The position numbers were made by a program, and so were the translations under genes. Of a DNA stretch of 64,000 nucleotides, positions 41,811-51,467 are shown in pieces; the first letter of the stretch is position 1; each line of letters begins with the position of its first letter. The stretch lies in assembly GCA_963706595.1 (NCBI GenBank), contig OY970166.1, forward strand, positions 3,264,001 through 3,328,000, in the 5' to 3' direction. The notes below the pieces were generated by a model, which ran no database searches, had not been told where the DNA came from, and saw only the letters and a list, made by a program, of their open reading frames with translations. This DNA is from an uncultured cyanobacterium (lineage in GTDB: Bacteria; Cyanobacteriota; Cyanobacteriia; Cyanobacteriales; Nostocaceae).

Positions 41811-42593
41811 CTATGCTGGTTTTACCAAATTAGCTGATGCTTGAATATTTGTATTTTCTTGCAGATTGGCGACAATTTCGACAGTGGCTATTTGTTGCTG
41901 TAGCCAATTGGTAAAAAAGTCTCCCATAATTTGAAACCGCAAGTTGTCATCTAATTCTGGTTTAATTATTTCCTCAACTGCAATGATATGCGCTCCTTTG
42001 GGTGTAATGATTGGTTTAAGAATTTGTGGGGGATTAGCAGCAAAAACTGCGGCGGCGATCTCGGCTCGAAAATCAATCCGGCGGCGGATTCCCTGATAGC
42101 CACCAGAACGACGGGTTTCGGGATTTTGAATGTATTGACGAGCAATTTCTTGGAAGCTGATTTCGCCTTCTTGGAGGGCATAAAATAGTTCTAAGGCTAA
42201 ATCTTCATCATCTAAAATCACTTCATAAGTGACTGCGCCAAAATATTTTGCTTGATGAGCATAAAAGAATGGTTCGATTTGCTCTGCAAATAAATGATTG
42301 GCTAATTTGGAGGATGTGAGGTTGATTTTAGCTATTTCTTCTAAGTCATCCAGAGAAAGATGATGTTTTTCTAACCAAGACCAAGTATCTTCAGCTTTGA
42401 GTAATTGGTTAGCTAAACGAAGATTATCTGCTGCTGTTTGTAGTTCTTCTGTGCTGATTTCAATTCCTGCTTTATCGGCTGCTTCTGCAATGATTTTTTG
42501 AGTGGCGATCGCTTCTAATATGACTGGAATTTGACAAGCCATTTTTATATAGTAAATAATGTCTTCGGTTGAAACTTTTAAAATGTTTGACAT
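41811..42593 (-). CDS. PpiC-type peptidylprolyl isomerase associated with type I secretion
   Basis: ELQTAADNLR, ALELFYALQEGEISF..IARQY, GGYQG, PIITPKGAHII. Confidence 0.85.
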   Translation of the reverse strand: MSNILKVSTEDIIYYIKMACQIPVILEAIATQKIIAEAADKAGIEISTEELQTAADNLRLANQLLKAEDTWSWLEKHHLSLDDLEEIAKINLTSSKLANHLFAEQIEPFFYAHQAKYFGAVTYEVILDDEDLALELFYALQEGEISFQEIARQYIQNPETRRSGGYQGIRRRIDFRAEIAAAVFAANPPQILKPIITPKGAHIIAVEEIIKPELDDNLRFQIMGDFFTNWLQQQIATVEIVANLQENTNIQASANLVKPA

Positions 42594-42934
42594 AGCTAAA
42601 GTTCTCCAATTATTAACTAATTAGAATTGTTTTTTGACTGTTGAAAAGCCAGTATCTTATTCATCATTTTTGCTTGATATATTGTTTATTGTCTCTATCT
42701 AATGATAGTTTTAATGTTTTGATTAATTATCGTCAGGAATGGCATTATATTTGATTACAAATTAAATCAACCAATGAGCAATATCCCCCTAGTTGATAAA
42801 GGTTGAACACCTCAATAATAGGGGTAATTATTAACAATGAATATTTAGCATCTAGCCCTGACAAAGATGTTGGGTTTCCTTGCGTCAACCCAACCTACGT
42901 TGCCTTATTTTAGCTGTGTCACTGGACTAAAAGG

Positions 42935-44482
42935 CTAAAGTTCTAGACCGCCTTGTTGCAATTTCTTAAAGGGATCTAAGATAAAGTCAATGACTCGGCG
43001 CTGACGAATAACTACCTCTGCGGTGGCTGTCTGACCGGGGGTTAAATTAACGCGTTGGTTAGCAGCTTGTACATAAGGTTGATCTAGGGTGATATCTAAA
43101 TCATAAGTGTCTATACTGCCTTGGTTGCTAGACTGAGTTCTAGAATTAGGTGAAATCCAACTCACACGCCCTTCCATCACGCCATAATCTTGATAGGGAT
43201 AGGCATCAAATTTGATTTTAACTGGCATTCCTTCCTCTAAGAAACCACTGTGTTGGCTGGGTATCTGGGCTTTGAGAATCAATTTACTATCTTGAGGCGC
43301 AATTTGGGCAATGATTTGTCCTGGTTCGACTACAGGCCCTGGTTTGCGGATGGGCATCTCAAAAATTATGCCATCAATAGGCGATCGCACTACGCGCTGT
43401 TTCATCTGAATCTGCAAGGACGAAATCTGACTCTTGGTTTGAGCCATTTCTGAGTCCAGTGTACTAATTTGCGTTTCCATGTCTTTGAGTTGTTCCTGGC
43501 TTCTCAGCACTGCTAATTTACCAGCTTGAACAACGCTTTGATAGCTACTTTGCTGTTCTTGTAAACGTAGTTTTGCTTGCTCAATATCCGCGACAACTTG
43601 ACTCATAGTCGCCTGATAGCGGCTCATTTCTTCTTTTAAACGTAGTTGCGCTTGAGTGACATCAGATTGTGCTTGTAAATGCAAGCGTTGGCTGTCCTCT
43701 GCTGTTTTTTCTAATTCCACAAGTTGGATTTGCGGAATTGCACCCTGTTCGTACAATTCGCGAAAGCGTGCAACTTCGGCGACATCTCTGTTAAAACGAC
43801 TATTAACTAACTTCTCAGTAGTCTCGGTAGAATTAATATTCTGCCGAGCTTGTTCAACTAAAGCCTGTCTTTCTAACCTTTGTAAATTAGACGCACTTTG
43901 TCTCGCATCCAGGGTTTGCTGCGCCTGATTAACTTGAGACATTTTTTCTAATTCTTGGGCTTGATTTTGTTGTTCTTGGATATTGATCGCCAGCATCAAT
44001 TGGTTTTTCAGCAGCTTAAGTTGCGCTTGGCGATCGCTTAATCCTTGTAGTTGTGTTTGTCTCTGTTGCAATTCTTTTTCCAGGACATCAGAATCCAACT
44101 CCAGCAGCACCTGTCCAGCTTTAACTATTGCACCTTCTTGGACATTGACAGTTTTCACAGTCCCAGGAACTGGAATACCTAATTGATGCGTTGCTCCTTT
44201 GGGTTCTAAACGCCCTCTAGCGCTGCCGGTTTCATCAATTTTGGTGAGCATCGACCAAGGTAAAATGATCGAGGTAAATCCTACCAAAAAGTACAGCATA
44301 GAACGTGTCCAAAGTCTTGGTAAAGCATCTAGCAGTTCTTCTGTACCATAAAACCAATCATTGGTTTGGTTTTCTACCTGTGTCTGATTATCAACAACAG
44401 CACTAGAGTTTTCAACCTGGTGATTTTGGTCTTGCTGTGGTGCAGCAAGTACGGATGATAAATGTTGAGATGGGTTTGGCAT
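42935..44482 (-). CDS. HlyD family membrane-fusion protein
   Basis: TM anchor, ARGRLEP, long coiled coil, RSPIDG, KFDAYPYQDYG, LTPGQTATAEV. Confidence 0.93.
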   Translation of the reverse strand: MPNPSQHLSSVLAAPQQDQNHQVENSSAVVDNQTQVENQTNDWFYGTEELLDALPRLWTRSMLYFLVGFTSIILPWSMLTKIDETGSARGRLEPKGATHQLGIPVPGTVKTVNVQEGAIVKAGQVLLELDSDVLEKELQQRQTQLQGLSDRQAQLKLLKNQLMLAINIQEQQNQAQELEKMSQVNQAQQTLDARQSASNLQRLERQALVEQARQNINSTETTEKLVNSRFNRDVAEVARFRELYEQGAIPQIQLVELEKTAEDSQRLHLQAQSDVTQAQLRLKEEMSRYQATMSQVVADIEQAKLRLQEQQSSYQSVVQAGKLAVLRSQEQLKDMETQISTLDSEMAQTKSQISSLQIQMKQRVVRSPIDGIIFEMPIRKPGPVVEPGQIIAQIAPQDSKLILKAQIPSQHSGFLEEGMPVKIKFDAYPYQDYGVMEGRVSWISPNSRTQSSNQGSIDTYDLDITLDQPYVQAANQRVNLTPGQTATAEVVIRQRRVIDFILDPFKKLQQGGLEL

Positions 44483-44518
44483 AAGTAATTCAACAGTTTA
44501 TTTTCCAGGACTTGGGAT

Positions 44519-44606
44519 GTAATTCGTAATTCGTAATTCGTAATTCGTAATTCGTAATTAAAAGTCTATGTTTTGAATTTTGAATTTTGAATTTTGAATT
44601 TTGAAT
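44519..44606. repeat. Heptamer tandem repeats (TAATTCG)n and (TTTTGAA)n
   Basis: Directly visible; STRR-type repeats of heterocystous cyanobacteria. Confidence 0.9.
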
Positions 44607-44777
44607 TGATTCATCCCTTGTCCTTTGTTCAATTGAAAATTTCCCAGGTTTTCGACGAAGAGGTAGGGGGAAATCACCCCTTTCTTCTAAGTGGAGCATA
44701 GGGGATTGGGGATTGGGGATTGGGGATTGAGATGGAGAATTTTCTTCCCCCCTGCACCCTGCACCCCTGCCTCTTCT

Positions 44778-47700
44778 TCAGGCTGTTTGTGCTGTTTGAG
44801 CTAGTTGTTGCTGGTTGAGATAGAAGTAATGACCTTTTTTGGCTATTAATTCATCGTGAGTCCCGCTTTCGACGAGTAAGCCTCGATCTAAAACTAGAAT
44901 CAGGTCAGCATTGCGGACTGTGGACAGGCGATGGGCGATAATTAGGCTGGTGCGCCCTTGAAGGATGGTTTTCAGGTTATTTTGGATAATGCGCTCAGAT
45001 TCCGAATCCAGGTGGCTGGTGGCTTCGTCTAAGAGCAATAAGCGGGGATTTCCGAGTAACGCACGGGCGATCGCAATTCTTTGGCGTTGTCCACCAGATA
45101 ACATCCCCCCACCTTCACCAATTTGGGTCTCGTAGCCGGTCGGCATAAGTTTGATAAATTCATCGGCTCCTGCTAATCTTGCCGCTTCAATAATTTCCTC
45201 TAAAGTGGCTTCTGGGTGAGCAATATTGATATTTTCGCGGATAGTACCGCCAAACAAGAAGGTATCTTGATCGACAACTCCAATTTGAGAACGCAGCGAT
45301 CGCAAAGAAATACTAGTCACATCTTGGGCATCAATTAATACTTTGCCATCTGTCGGCAGATATAGTCCCAAGATCATCTTGGCGAGGGTTGTTTTTCCTG
45401 AACCACTACGCCCAACTACCGCTACAGTCTGCTCTGGGAGGATTTCAAAGCTGAGATTTTCTAGGACATTAATATCACTTTCTGGGTGATAGCGAAAAGT
45501 CACATTTTCAAACTTAATGTGTCCTTCTAATCTTGGTAAAAACTGCCGGGGGTGATGATGTAAATCTTCTTCTGGTTCTGCTTCCAGAACATCATTAATT
45601 CTTTCACTGGAAATAACTACTTCCTGGAATTGATTCCACAAAACCACTAACCTTTGAAAGGGGCGAATAACGTTGCCCAATAACATATTGAAAGCAACTA
45701 ACTGCCCAATTGTCAGTTGATTTTGAATGACTAACCATGCCCCGAACCATAGCAAACCTGTAGTTACTAACGTTTCAATGCCGGAGCTAAAAAGCTGCAT
45801 TTTGTTACTAATAATCTGCCCGGCAAAGGTCTTTTTAATCACATTATTTAATAGCTCTTCCCAATGCCAGCGCACTGTTTGTTCAATGGCCATTGAACGA
45901 ATTGAGCTAATACCTGTGAGTGATTGAATCAGATAACTATTTTCGTTGGCTGTGGCATTAAAAGCCTCACGATTAATGCGCCGAAAGAAAGGTGTCGCCA
46001 CCAGTGCCAGAATAAAGAATGGTGGGATGATGGTTAAACTTAGTAAAGCCATTGGGGCGCTATACCAAAACATTAATCCCACGTAAATAAACACTGTCAG
46101 CAAATCCAAAGTGATGGATAAAGCTTCTCCGGTGAGGAAGCGCTGAATTTTATAGTTTTCTTGGACGCGGGAAATAATATCACCAACGTAGCGGGATTCA
46201 AAAAAGGCTAAAGGTAGGCGGAAAGTGTGTTTAATAAACCCTACCAATAAGGCTACACTGATGCGGTTGGCTGTGTGATCTAGCAGATATTGGCGCAATC
46301 CATTAATGATCACACTGAATAAGCCAAAAATCAGTAACCCGAAACCCACAGCGTTTAATGTCAGGGTGCTACGTTGCACCAAAACTCGGTCTAATAGCAA
46401 CTGAGTTAATAGGGGCGTAACTAACCCAAATATCTGAATGAACACCGAAGCCATGAAGACTTCTAACAGGACTTTGGAATGAGGTTTGACTAATTCAAAC
46501 AACTGCCAAAATTGTGTACTGTTTTCTTCAGTTTCTTTAAGTTGGGCTGTGGGTTGTAATAACAACGCGTAACCAGTCCAACCAGCTTTAAATTCCTCAT
46601 GGGTGAGGGTGCGTTGACCGAAGGCGGGATCTCCCACAATCACCTGTTTTTTGCTGACTTCATAGACAACAACGTAGTGTCTGCCTTCCCAGTGCGCGAT
46701 CGCAGGTAAGGTTTGTTGTGCTAATTTATCTAAGCTGGCTTTCACCGGACGGGTAGTAAAACCGATACTTTCCGCCGCAGTTGTTAAACCCCGCAATGAT
46801 GCACCGGTGCGATTAATATTGGCTAAATCTCGCAGTCGGTTGACGCTCAAGCGCTTACCCCAATAGCGGCTAATCATCACCAAGCAAGCGGCTCCACAGT
46901 CAGCAGCGCTTTGTTGTTCATAGAACGGATACCTCTTGGTTAACCGTCCCCACCAATGTCCAGCTTTGACTGTAGGGCTAGGAAAATAGGCTTGTTTTCG
47001 CTTCTTTTTCGGTTCTGGGTCTGGTGGTGGTAACTGTCTAATCAGACTGGGGGTAATTGCTGGTGTAGGAGTGTCTTCTGTAACTTCCTGGGGATTTTGC
47101 GATAACTCGGCTAATTGCGGCCAGTATTCTAATACCAGTGGCCAATGGGCATTTTTCAGGCTATAAACCTTTGTAAGTTGAGTCGCGCGCCAATTTTCCT
47201 GCTGGGGATATACGTAGATGTTTCCCGGTGTTAATCTGCGTCCATCTGTGTGCTGTAGTTCTCCCTGATGCAATAACCACAGTTTGGTATCTTGGAATAA
47301 AGTCACTGGGAGTGAGTCGCCTTCGACGGTGTGGCGCTCAAATAAAGTCAAGGCTTTGAGTATTTCTTCTACAGACCCATTATGTGGCACTAGGGACGTT
47401 TGACAACATAGTAACAGTAAATCCCACAATTCGGCACGTTGTTTGAGGCGATCGCGAATACTCGGATGTTTGCGAATTACCTCTTGTAAAGATGCTTGCG
47501 GAAAATAAGCCAGCTTTAACTTCACAGAAGCTCTCGCCACATAAGGGCTAAATTCTTCTTCTGTAAATAAAGTCAGTTCGCCAAATGATGCTCCTGTTGT
47601 CAGGGTGGTAATTAAGTTATTCGAGCCATCTAAAAGCCTGACTTTACCCCCCAGGACGAGATAGATCCCATTCGGTGCGTTTGCTGCTTGCCAAAATTGC

Positions 47701-47828
47701 TTGGCTACAGGTGGTTCGACAATTTCTACCCCAATCAAACATCTTTCAATTTCTTGCTCTGATAACGGCTCACCCAGGCTGTGGATAAGTTGTTGCGCTA
47801 AGTATTCCGGGGAAAATGCTGATGCCAT
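44778..47828 (-). CDS. Peptidase-containing ABC transporter (cNMP-binding + C39 peptidase + TM + ATPase)
   Basis: QQSAADCGAACL (catalytic Cys), AHWEGRHYVV (His), VGDPA (Asp); GRSGSGKTT, LSGGQRQR, LDEAT; N-terminal GASFGE cNMP-like domain. Confidence 0.94.
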   Translation of the reverse strand: MASAFSPEYLAQQLIHSLGEPLSEQEIERCLIGVEIVEPPVAKQFWQAANAPNGIYLVLGGKVRLLDGSNNLITTLTTGASFGELTLFTEEEFSPYVARASVKLKLAYFPQASLQEVIRKHPSIRDRLKQRAELWDLLLLCCQTSLVPHNGSVEEILKALTLFERHTVEGDSLPVTLFQDTKLWLLHQGELQHTDGRRLTPGNIYVYPQQENWRATQLTKVYSLKNAHWPLVLEYWPQLAELSQNPQEVTEDTPTPAITPSLIRQLPPPDPEPKKKRKQAYFPSPTVKAGHWWGRLTKRYPFYEQQSAADCGAACLVMISRYWGKRLSVNRLRDLANINRTGASLRGLTTAAESIGFTTRPVKASLDKLAQQTLPAIAHWEGRHYVVVYEVSKKQVIVGDPAFGQRTLTHEEFKAGWTGYALLLQPTAQLKETEENSTQFWQLFELVKPHSKVLLEVFMASVFIQIFGLVTPLLTQLLLDRVLVQRSTLTLNAVGFGLLIFGLFSVIINGLRQYLLDHTANRISVALLVGFIKHTFRLPLAFFESRYVGDIISRVQENYKIQRFLTGEALSITLDLLTVFIYVGLMFWYSAPMALLSLTIIPPFFILALVATPFFRRINREAFNATANENSYLIQSLTGISSIRSMAIEQTVRWHWEELLNNVIKKTFAGQIISNKMQLFSSGIETLVTTGLLWFGAWLVIQNQLTIGQLVAFNMLLGNVIRPFQRLVVLWNQFQEVVISSERINDVLEAEPEEDLHHHPRQFLPRLEGHIKFENVTFRYHPESDINVLENLSFEILPEQTVAVVGRSGSGKTTLAKMILGLYLPTDGKVLIDAQDVTSISLRSLRSQIGVVDQDTFLFGGTIRENINIAHPEATLEEIIEAARLAGADEFIKLMPTGYETQIGEGGGMLSGGQRQRIAIARALLGNPRLLLLDEATSHLDSESERIIQNNLKTILQGRTSLIIAHRLSTVRNADLILVLDRGLLVESGTHDELIAKKGHYFYLNQQQLAQTAQTA

Positions 47829-47849
47829 TTTTTGACCTCCAAGACAGAA

Positions 47850-48482
47850 TTATTTATTGGTCTGAATCAGATTTAATGACCAATTAAAATTAGGTTCGGA
47901 GTGAGATTGCAAATCGCCAATTCTAATTCCAGCATCCATTCGGCTTCGCTCATGACAAGCCTTGGTTTGGTCAGTTTCTGGTGGCTGGGAACTTTTCCGT
48001 TTAGTGGATAGTCCCATTTGTTTAAGTAGGCGATTAATGTGGCGATCGCTAATTTGGATGTTAAATTCGTTAGCTAAATGTTTGCTTAACCATTGGGCTG
48101 TCCAATAAGTAAATGCATAACCATAATCACGAGGGCTATGGCTGACCAACTCTTTCAAACGATCCAGATATTGATCATTCACAATTTTCGGTCTCCCAAT
48201 AGGTCGCTCATTCCACTTGTGCGCTAAACCTGCTTCCGCTAAACCAATCCAGTAACGCGCCATTTCCTGAGAACAACCGATAGTTTCACAGATTTGACTT
48301 TGAGATTTACCCACATCGGCTAATAACATAATTTCAATGCGCCGCCGATATTCTGGCTGTAAATCAGTTTGTAAGCTTTTCAGCAATGCCTTCTTTTGAA
48401 AAGAGGTTAAAAACTTACCTTCTTGAAAATTTTGGATGTTGTAATTTTCCAAGTTTTCGCTTTGACTAAGAGAGTGTGACAT
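47850..48482 (-). CDS. Helix-turn-helix protein (IS630-like HTH domains, no DDE), probable regulator
   Basis: RRRIEIMLL, GCSQEMARYW, GRPK, WTAQWLSKHL...ISDRHINRLLKQMGL; first gene of the secretion operon. Confidence 0.75.
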   Translation of the reverse strand: MSHSLSQSENLENYNIQNFQEGKFLTSFQKKALLKSLQTDLQPEYRRRIEIMLLADVGKSQSQICETIGCSQEMARYWIGLAEAGLAHKWNERPIGRPKIVNDQYLDRLKELVSHSPRDYGYAFTYWTAQWLSKHLANEFNIQISDRHINRLLKQMGLSTKRKSSQPPETDQTKACHERSRMDAGIRIGDLQSHSEPNFNWSLNLIQTNK

Positions 48483-49542
48483 ATTTATTACCAGTTGTCA
48501 TTTACTGAAAATGTGGGCAATTTTATCCGTTACAGCTATGCTCAAACCTCAATAAATCAGGTTTCACAACTGCAAGATTAATTAGCCTTTTCCAGCTAAT
48601 TAAGTATTTACGTGATGTGGGTATAATGCTTGGTAATTTCCCTCTAGTATCGTGACGAGATTGAGGGCATATACCCGTGTTATCTTGGCTTTTTATCCTC
48701 AATATTTCACCATGCTAATTGGTTGTGCATCGAATGAGAGGTGTCATCAAAAAGCTGCCGACACATCACGGAATTTTGCTATTTTTCCCAGTCAACACAT
48801 TCTTAGTTAAAAGCTGCGCTCTTGTGGTGTGAGCGATAGATTGCGTGGCGTAGCCATAGATATTCAGTAAGTAGTAGTAAGCAAACCTGACAAAATATGA
48901 AGCAAGCATAGCTGTTGTTTAATCTGATAAACAGCAATTTCTGGTAAGACACCTAAAACCAGTAAATTATTTACTGGCTAACCCCAATAACGTGACAAAC
49001 TTCCCTGAAAATCTGGTGTGTTTCGATTACCAAAAATGTGGTTGAAACTTGTTCCACGACAACATGGAACCTAGAGGCAGCTAAGGTCAGGTATGAATAC
49101 AAATCTACTTCCTAGACTAGCCTAATACTAGCTAATATCTCATCAGCAGATTTTAATAAATCTGGAATTATCTAGAAAACAAGTTAAACGAAAAAACGAC
49201 AGTTCTTTACTATGTTGTCTTAACCTACTGTTATCCTTTTAGAAATTTTCCTACATCTAGTCAAGGGTTTTGAGAAAAAAACCGAAATCTTTACTCAATA
49301 TTGATTATATCTTCATTTAAAATTAATAATTAATTTTGTCCAGACAAAATTAACATATTTATTCAGTTTAGCTTTGCGTAAAATTTTGGCATTAAACTTT
49401 ACTAATTCAAGCATGGTATGTATTCTAAAATTAGTAGATTACTCAAATCAATTTGAAGCTAAATAGTAATCCTAAATAATTAAAGATGTTTTTACATCTA
49501 TCTCCAGCCAGAAAAAAATATATTCATTAATATATAGGACTA

Positions 49543-49648
49543 CTAGCGTGGCAAGCTTAAAATAGTGCATTAGGTAAAAAGCAGAAAACATTGATTTATC
49601 CCAATTTTCTCAAAAATCTATTGCAATATTTTAGCCTTGCCATGCCAG
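49543..49648. mobile_element. MITE-like element with imperfect terminal inverted repeats flanked by TA
   Basis: TA-CTAGCGTGGCAAGCTTAAAATA ... TATTTTAGCCTTGCCATGCCAG-TA. Confidence 0.7.
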
Positions 49649-49946
49649 TAGTATTAACGGTGCGTTGCGCTTCGCGACAACACACCCTACAAGAGAAAAT
49701 TACTTAACATAGTTGGAAACATTTGTGCCGACTTACTTATTGGGATGGGCAATTCCATAAAAATAACTCATAATTTTCAGGAAGATTACACTTTTCACGA
49801 TGTCTTTTAGTTAAAAAAGTGTCATTTTACTATTTCATTTCATAGTAGTTTTTGTCAAAGGGGATAAAATCACCCTTTAAAATCTTGGAGACAGATTTTA
49901 ACAGTTAGTGTTGCCAAAAAATACTCTGTTTGAGGAGAAAATATAT

Positions 49947-51422
49947 ATGCCCATTGACGATCTTAATCACAATTTATTTCCTCATAACGGGCTAGACTTC
50001 AACACTATCTCCTCAGTCGATACTTTTCAAACTCAGAATGACTATAGTTTTAGTGGTCGTAGTAGCTTTAATTCAGTCAGTGATATTACTGCAAATTCTG
50101 TCCAAACTGCTAACTATAATTTCTCTTCTGGCTATGGCTTAATTAACGCCGCCGCCGCAGTAGCTAGAGCGGCTAATCAGAACACTTTTGGTGATGTTCC
50201 TAGTCTTGGTGGTAATAATTGGGGAGCAGATTTAGTTAAAGCCCCAGCCGCTTGGGAGCAAGGATATACTGGCAGAGGGATTGTGATTGCGGTGTTAGAT
50301 ACTGGGGTTGACTACAACCACGCAGATTTGAAGGATAATATTTGGACTAATCCCGGAGAAATTCCTGGTAATGGCATAGATGACGATGGTAATGGCTATG
50401 TTGATGATGCCCAAGGCTGGAGTTTTGCTGACAATAGTAATAATGCCATAGACGTTAATGGTCACGGGACTCATGTAGCGGGAACCATTGCTGGGGGTAA
50501 TAATGGCTTTGGGGTGACGGGTATTGCCTATGATGCCAAGATTATGCCAGTTAAAGTGCTGAATGACGACGGAGCAGGTAGCACTAATTCTGTTGCTGAT
50601 GGTATTTACTATGCTGTGAATAATGGCGCTAATGTGATTAATCTCAGTTTGGGTGGTAATTTTCCTAACAGCACCCTGGAGGCTGCAATTGAGTACGCTA
50701 GTAGTAAAGGTGCTGTAGTGGTGATGGCAGCAGGTAATAATGGCTACCCATTTACTAATTATCCGGCTCGCTATGCCAACAACTGGGGGTTAGCTGTGGG
50801 GGCAGTTGATAGTAATAATCAGATGGCTAATTTCTCTAACCAAGCAGGGTTGAGTGCTTTCCCCTATGTGACTGCGCCAGGAGTCGGTATTTATTCTACG
50901 GTTCCTGATAATCAGTATGCTACATATAGCGGTACATCTATGGCTACTCCCCATGTTGCTGGTGTGGTGGCTTTGATGCTCAGTGCTAATCCTAGTTTGA
51001 CTGATGCTCAAATTCGGCAAATCATTCTGGAAACATCGGGAAATAGTACACCAGGGGCAAGTTCTAACTCGTTCAATATCCGCCCTGGCATTTCTGAGGC
51101 GATCGCACAGATGGTAGGAAATCGGACATCAGCGACTACCTTTAAGTTGGAATTACAAGTCACCATTTTAACCGATAGTAATACACCAGCTTCTAATTTG
51201 CCTCCGACGTTTTCGTTTGTCAGCAGAGGCTTATCCATGAATCTAGGAAATATGACTCGGTATTACAATAGTATTAGTAATGTTCTGGGCAGCATCGCTA
51301 ATAACATCTTCGATGGCGATAGTGCTGAAAAAAATAACGAAAATCCTACAGATATCGCCAAAATCCTGAATCAGTTGCAGCAGCAGATAGAAGAATTTAG
51401 AAAATTTTTCCCTGGCTTCTGA
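49947..51422 (+). CDS. S8 subtilisin-like serine protease
   Basis: Catalytic triad motifs VLDTG, HGTHVAG, GTSMATPHVAG; GAGGAG RBS before ATG 49947. Confidence 0.93.
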   Translation: MPIDDLNHNLFPHNGLDFNTISSVDTFQTQNDYSFSGRSSFNSVSDITANSVQTANYNFSSGYGLINAAAAVARAANQNTFGDVPSLGGNNWGADLVKAPAAWEQGYTGRGIVIAVLDTGVDYNHADLKDNIWTNPGEIPGNGIDDDGNGYVDDAQGWSFADNSNNAIDVNGHGTHVAGTIAGGNNGFGVTGIAYDAKIMPVKVLNDDGAGSTNSVADGIYYAVNNGANVINLSLGGNFPNSTLEAAIEYASSKGAVVVMAAGNNGYPFTNYPARYANNWGLAVGAVDSNNQMANFSNQAGLSAFPYVTAPGVGIYSTVPDNQYATYSGTSMATPHVAGVVALMLSANPSLTDAQIRQIILETSGNSTPGASSNSFNIRPGISEAIAQMVGNRTSATTFKLELQVTILTDSNTPASNLPPTFSFVSRGLSMNLGNMTRYYNSISNVLGSIANNIFDGDSAEKNNENPTDIAKILNQLQQQIEEFRKFFPGF

Positions 51423-51467
51423 TTTGACAGGGGAGTTCCAAATCCCCCTGCTCCCCTGCTTCTTCAA

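Noticed and set aside
44490..44699. ORFs 44490-44699 and 52879-53103
   Set aside because: Translations of heptamer tandem repeats, not credible genes
47850..48482. Active IS630 transposon
   Set aside because: No DDE catalytic ORF or terminal inverted repeats seen
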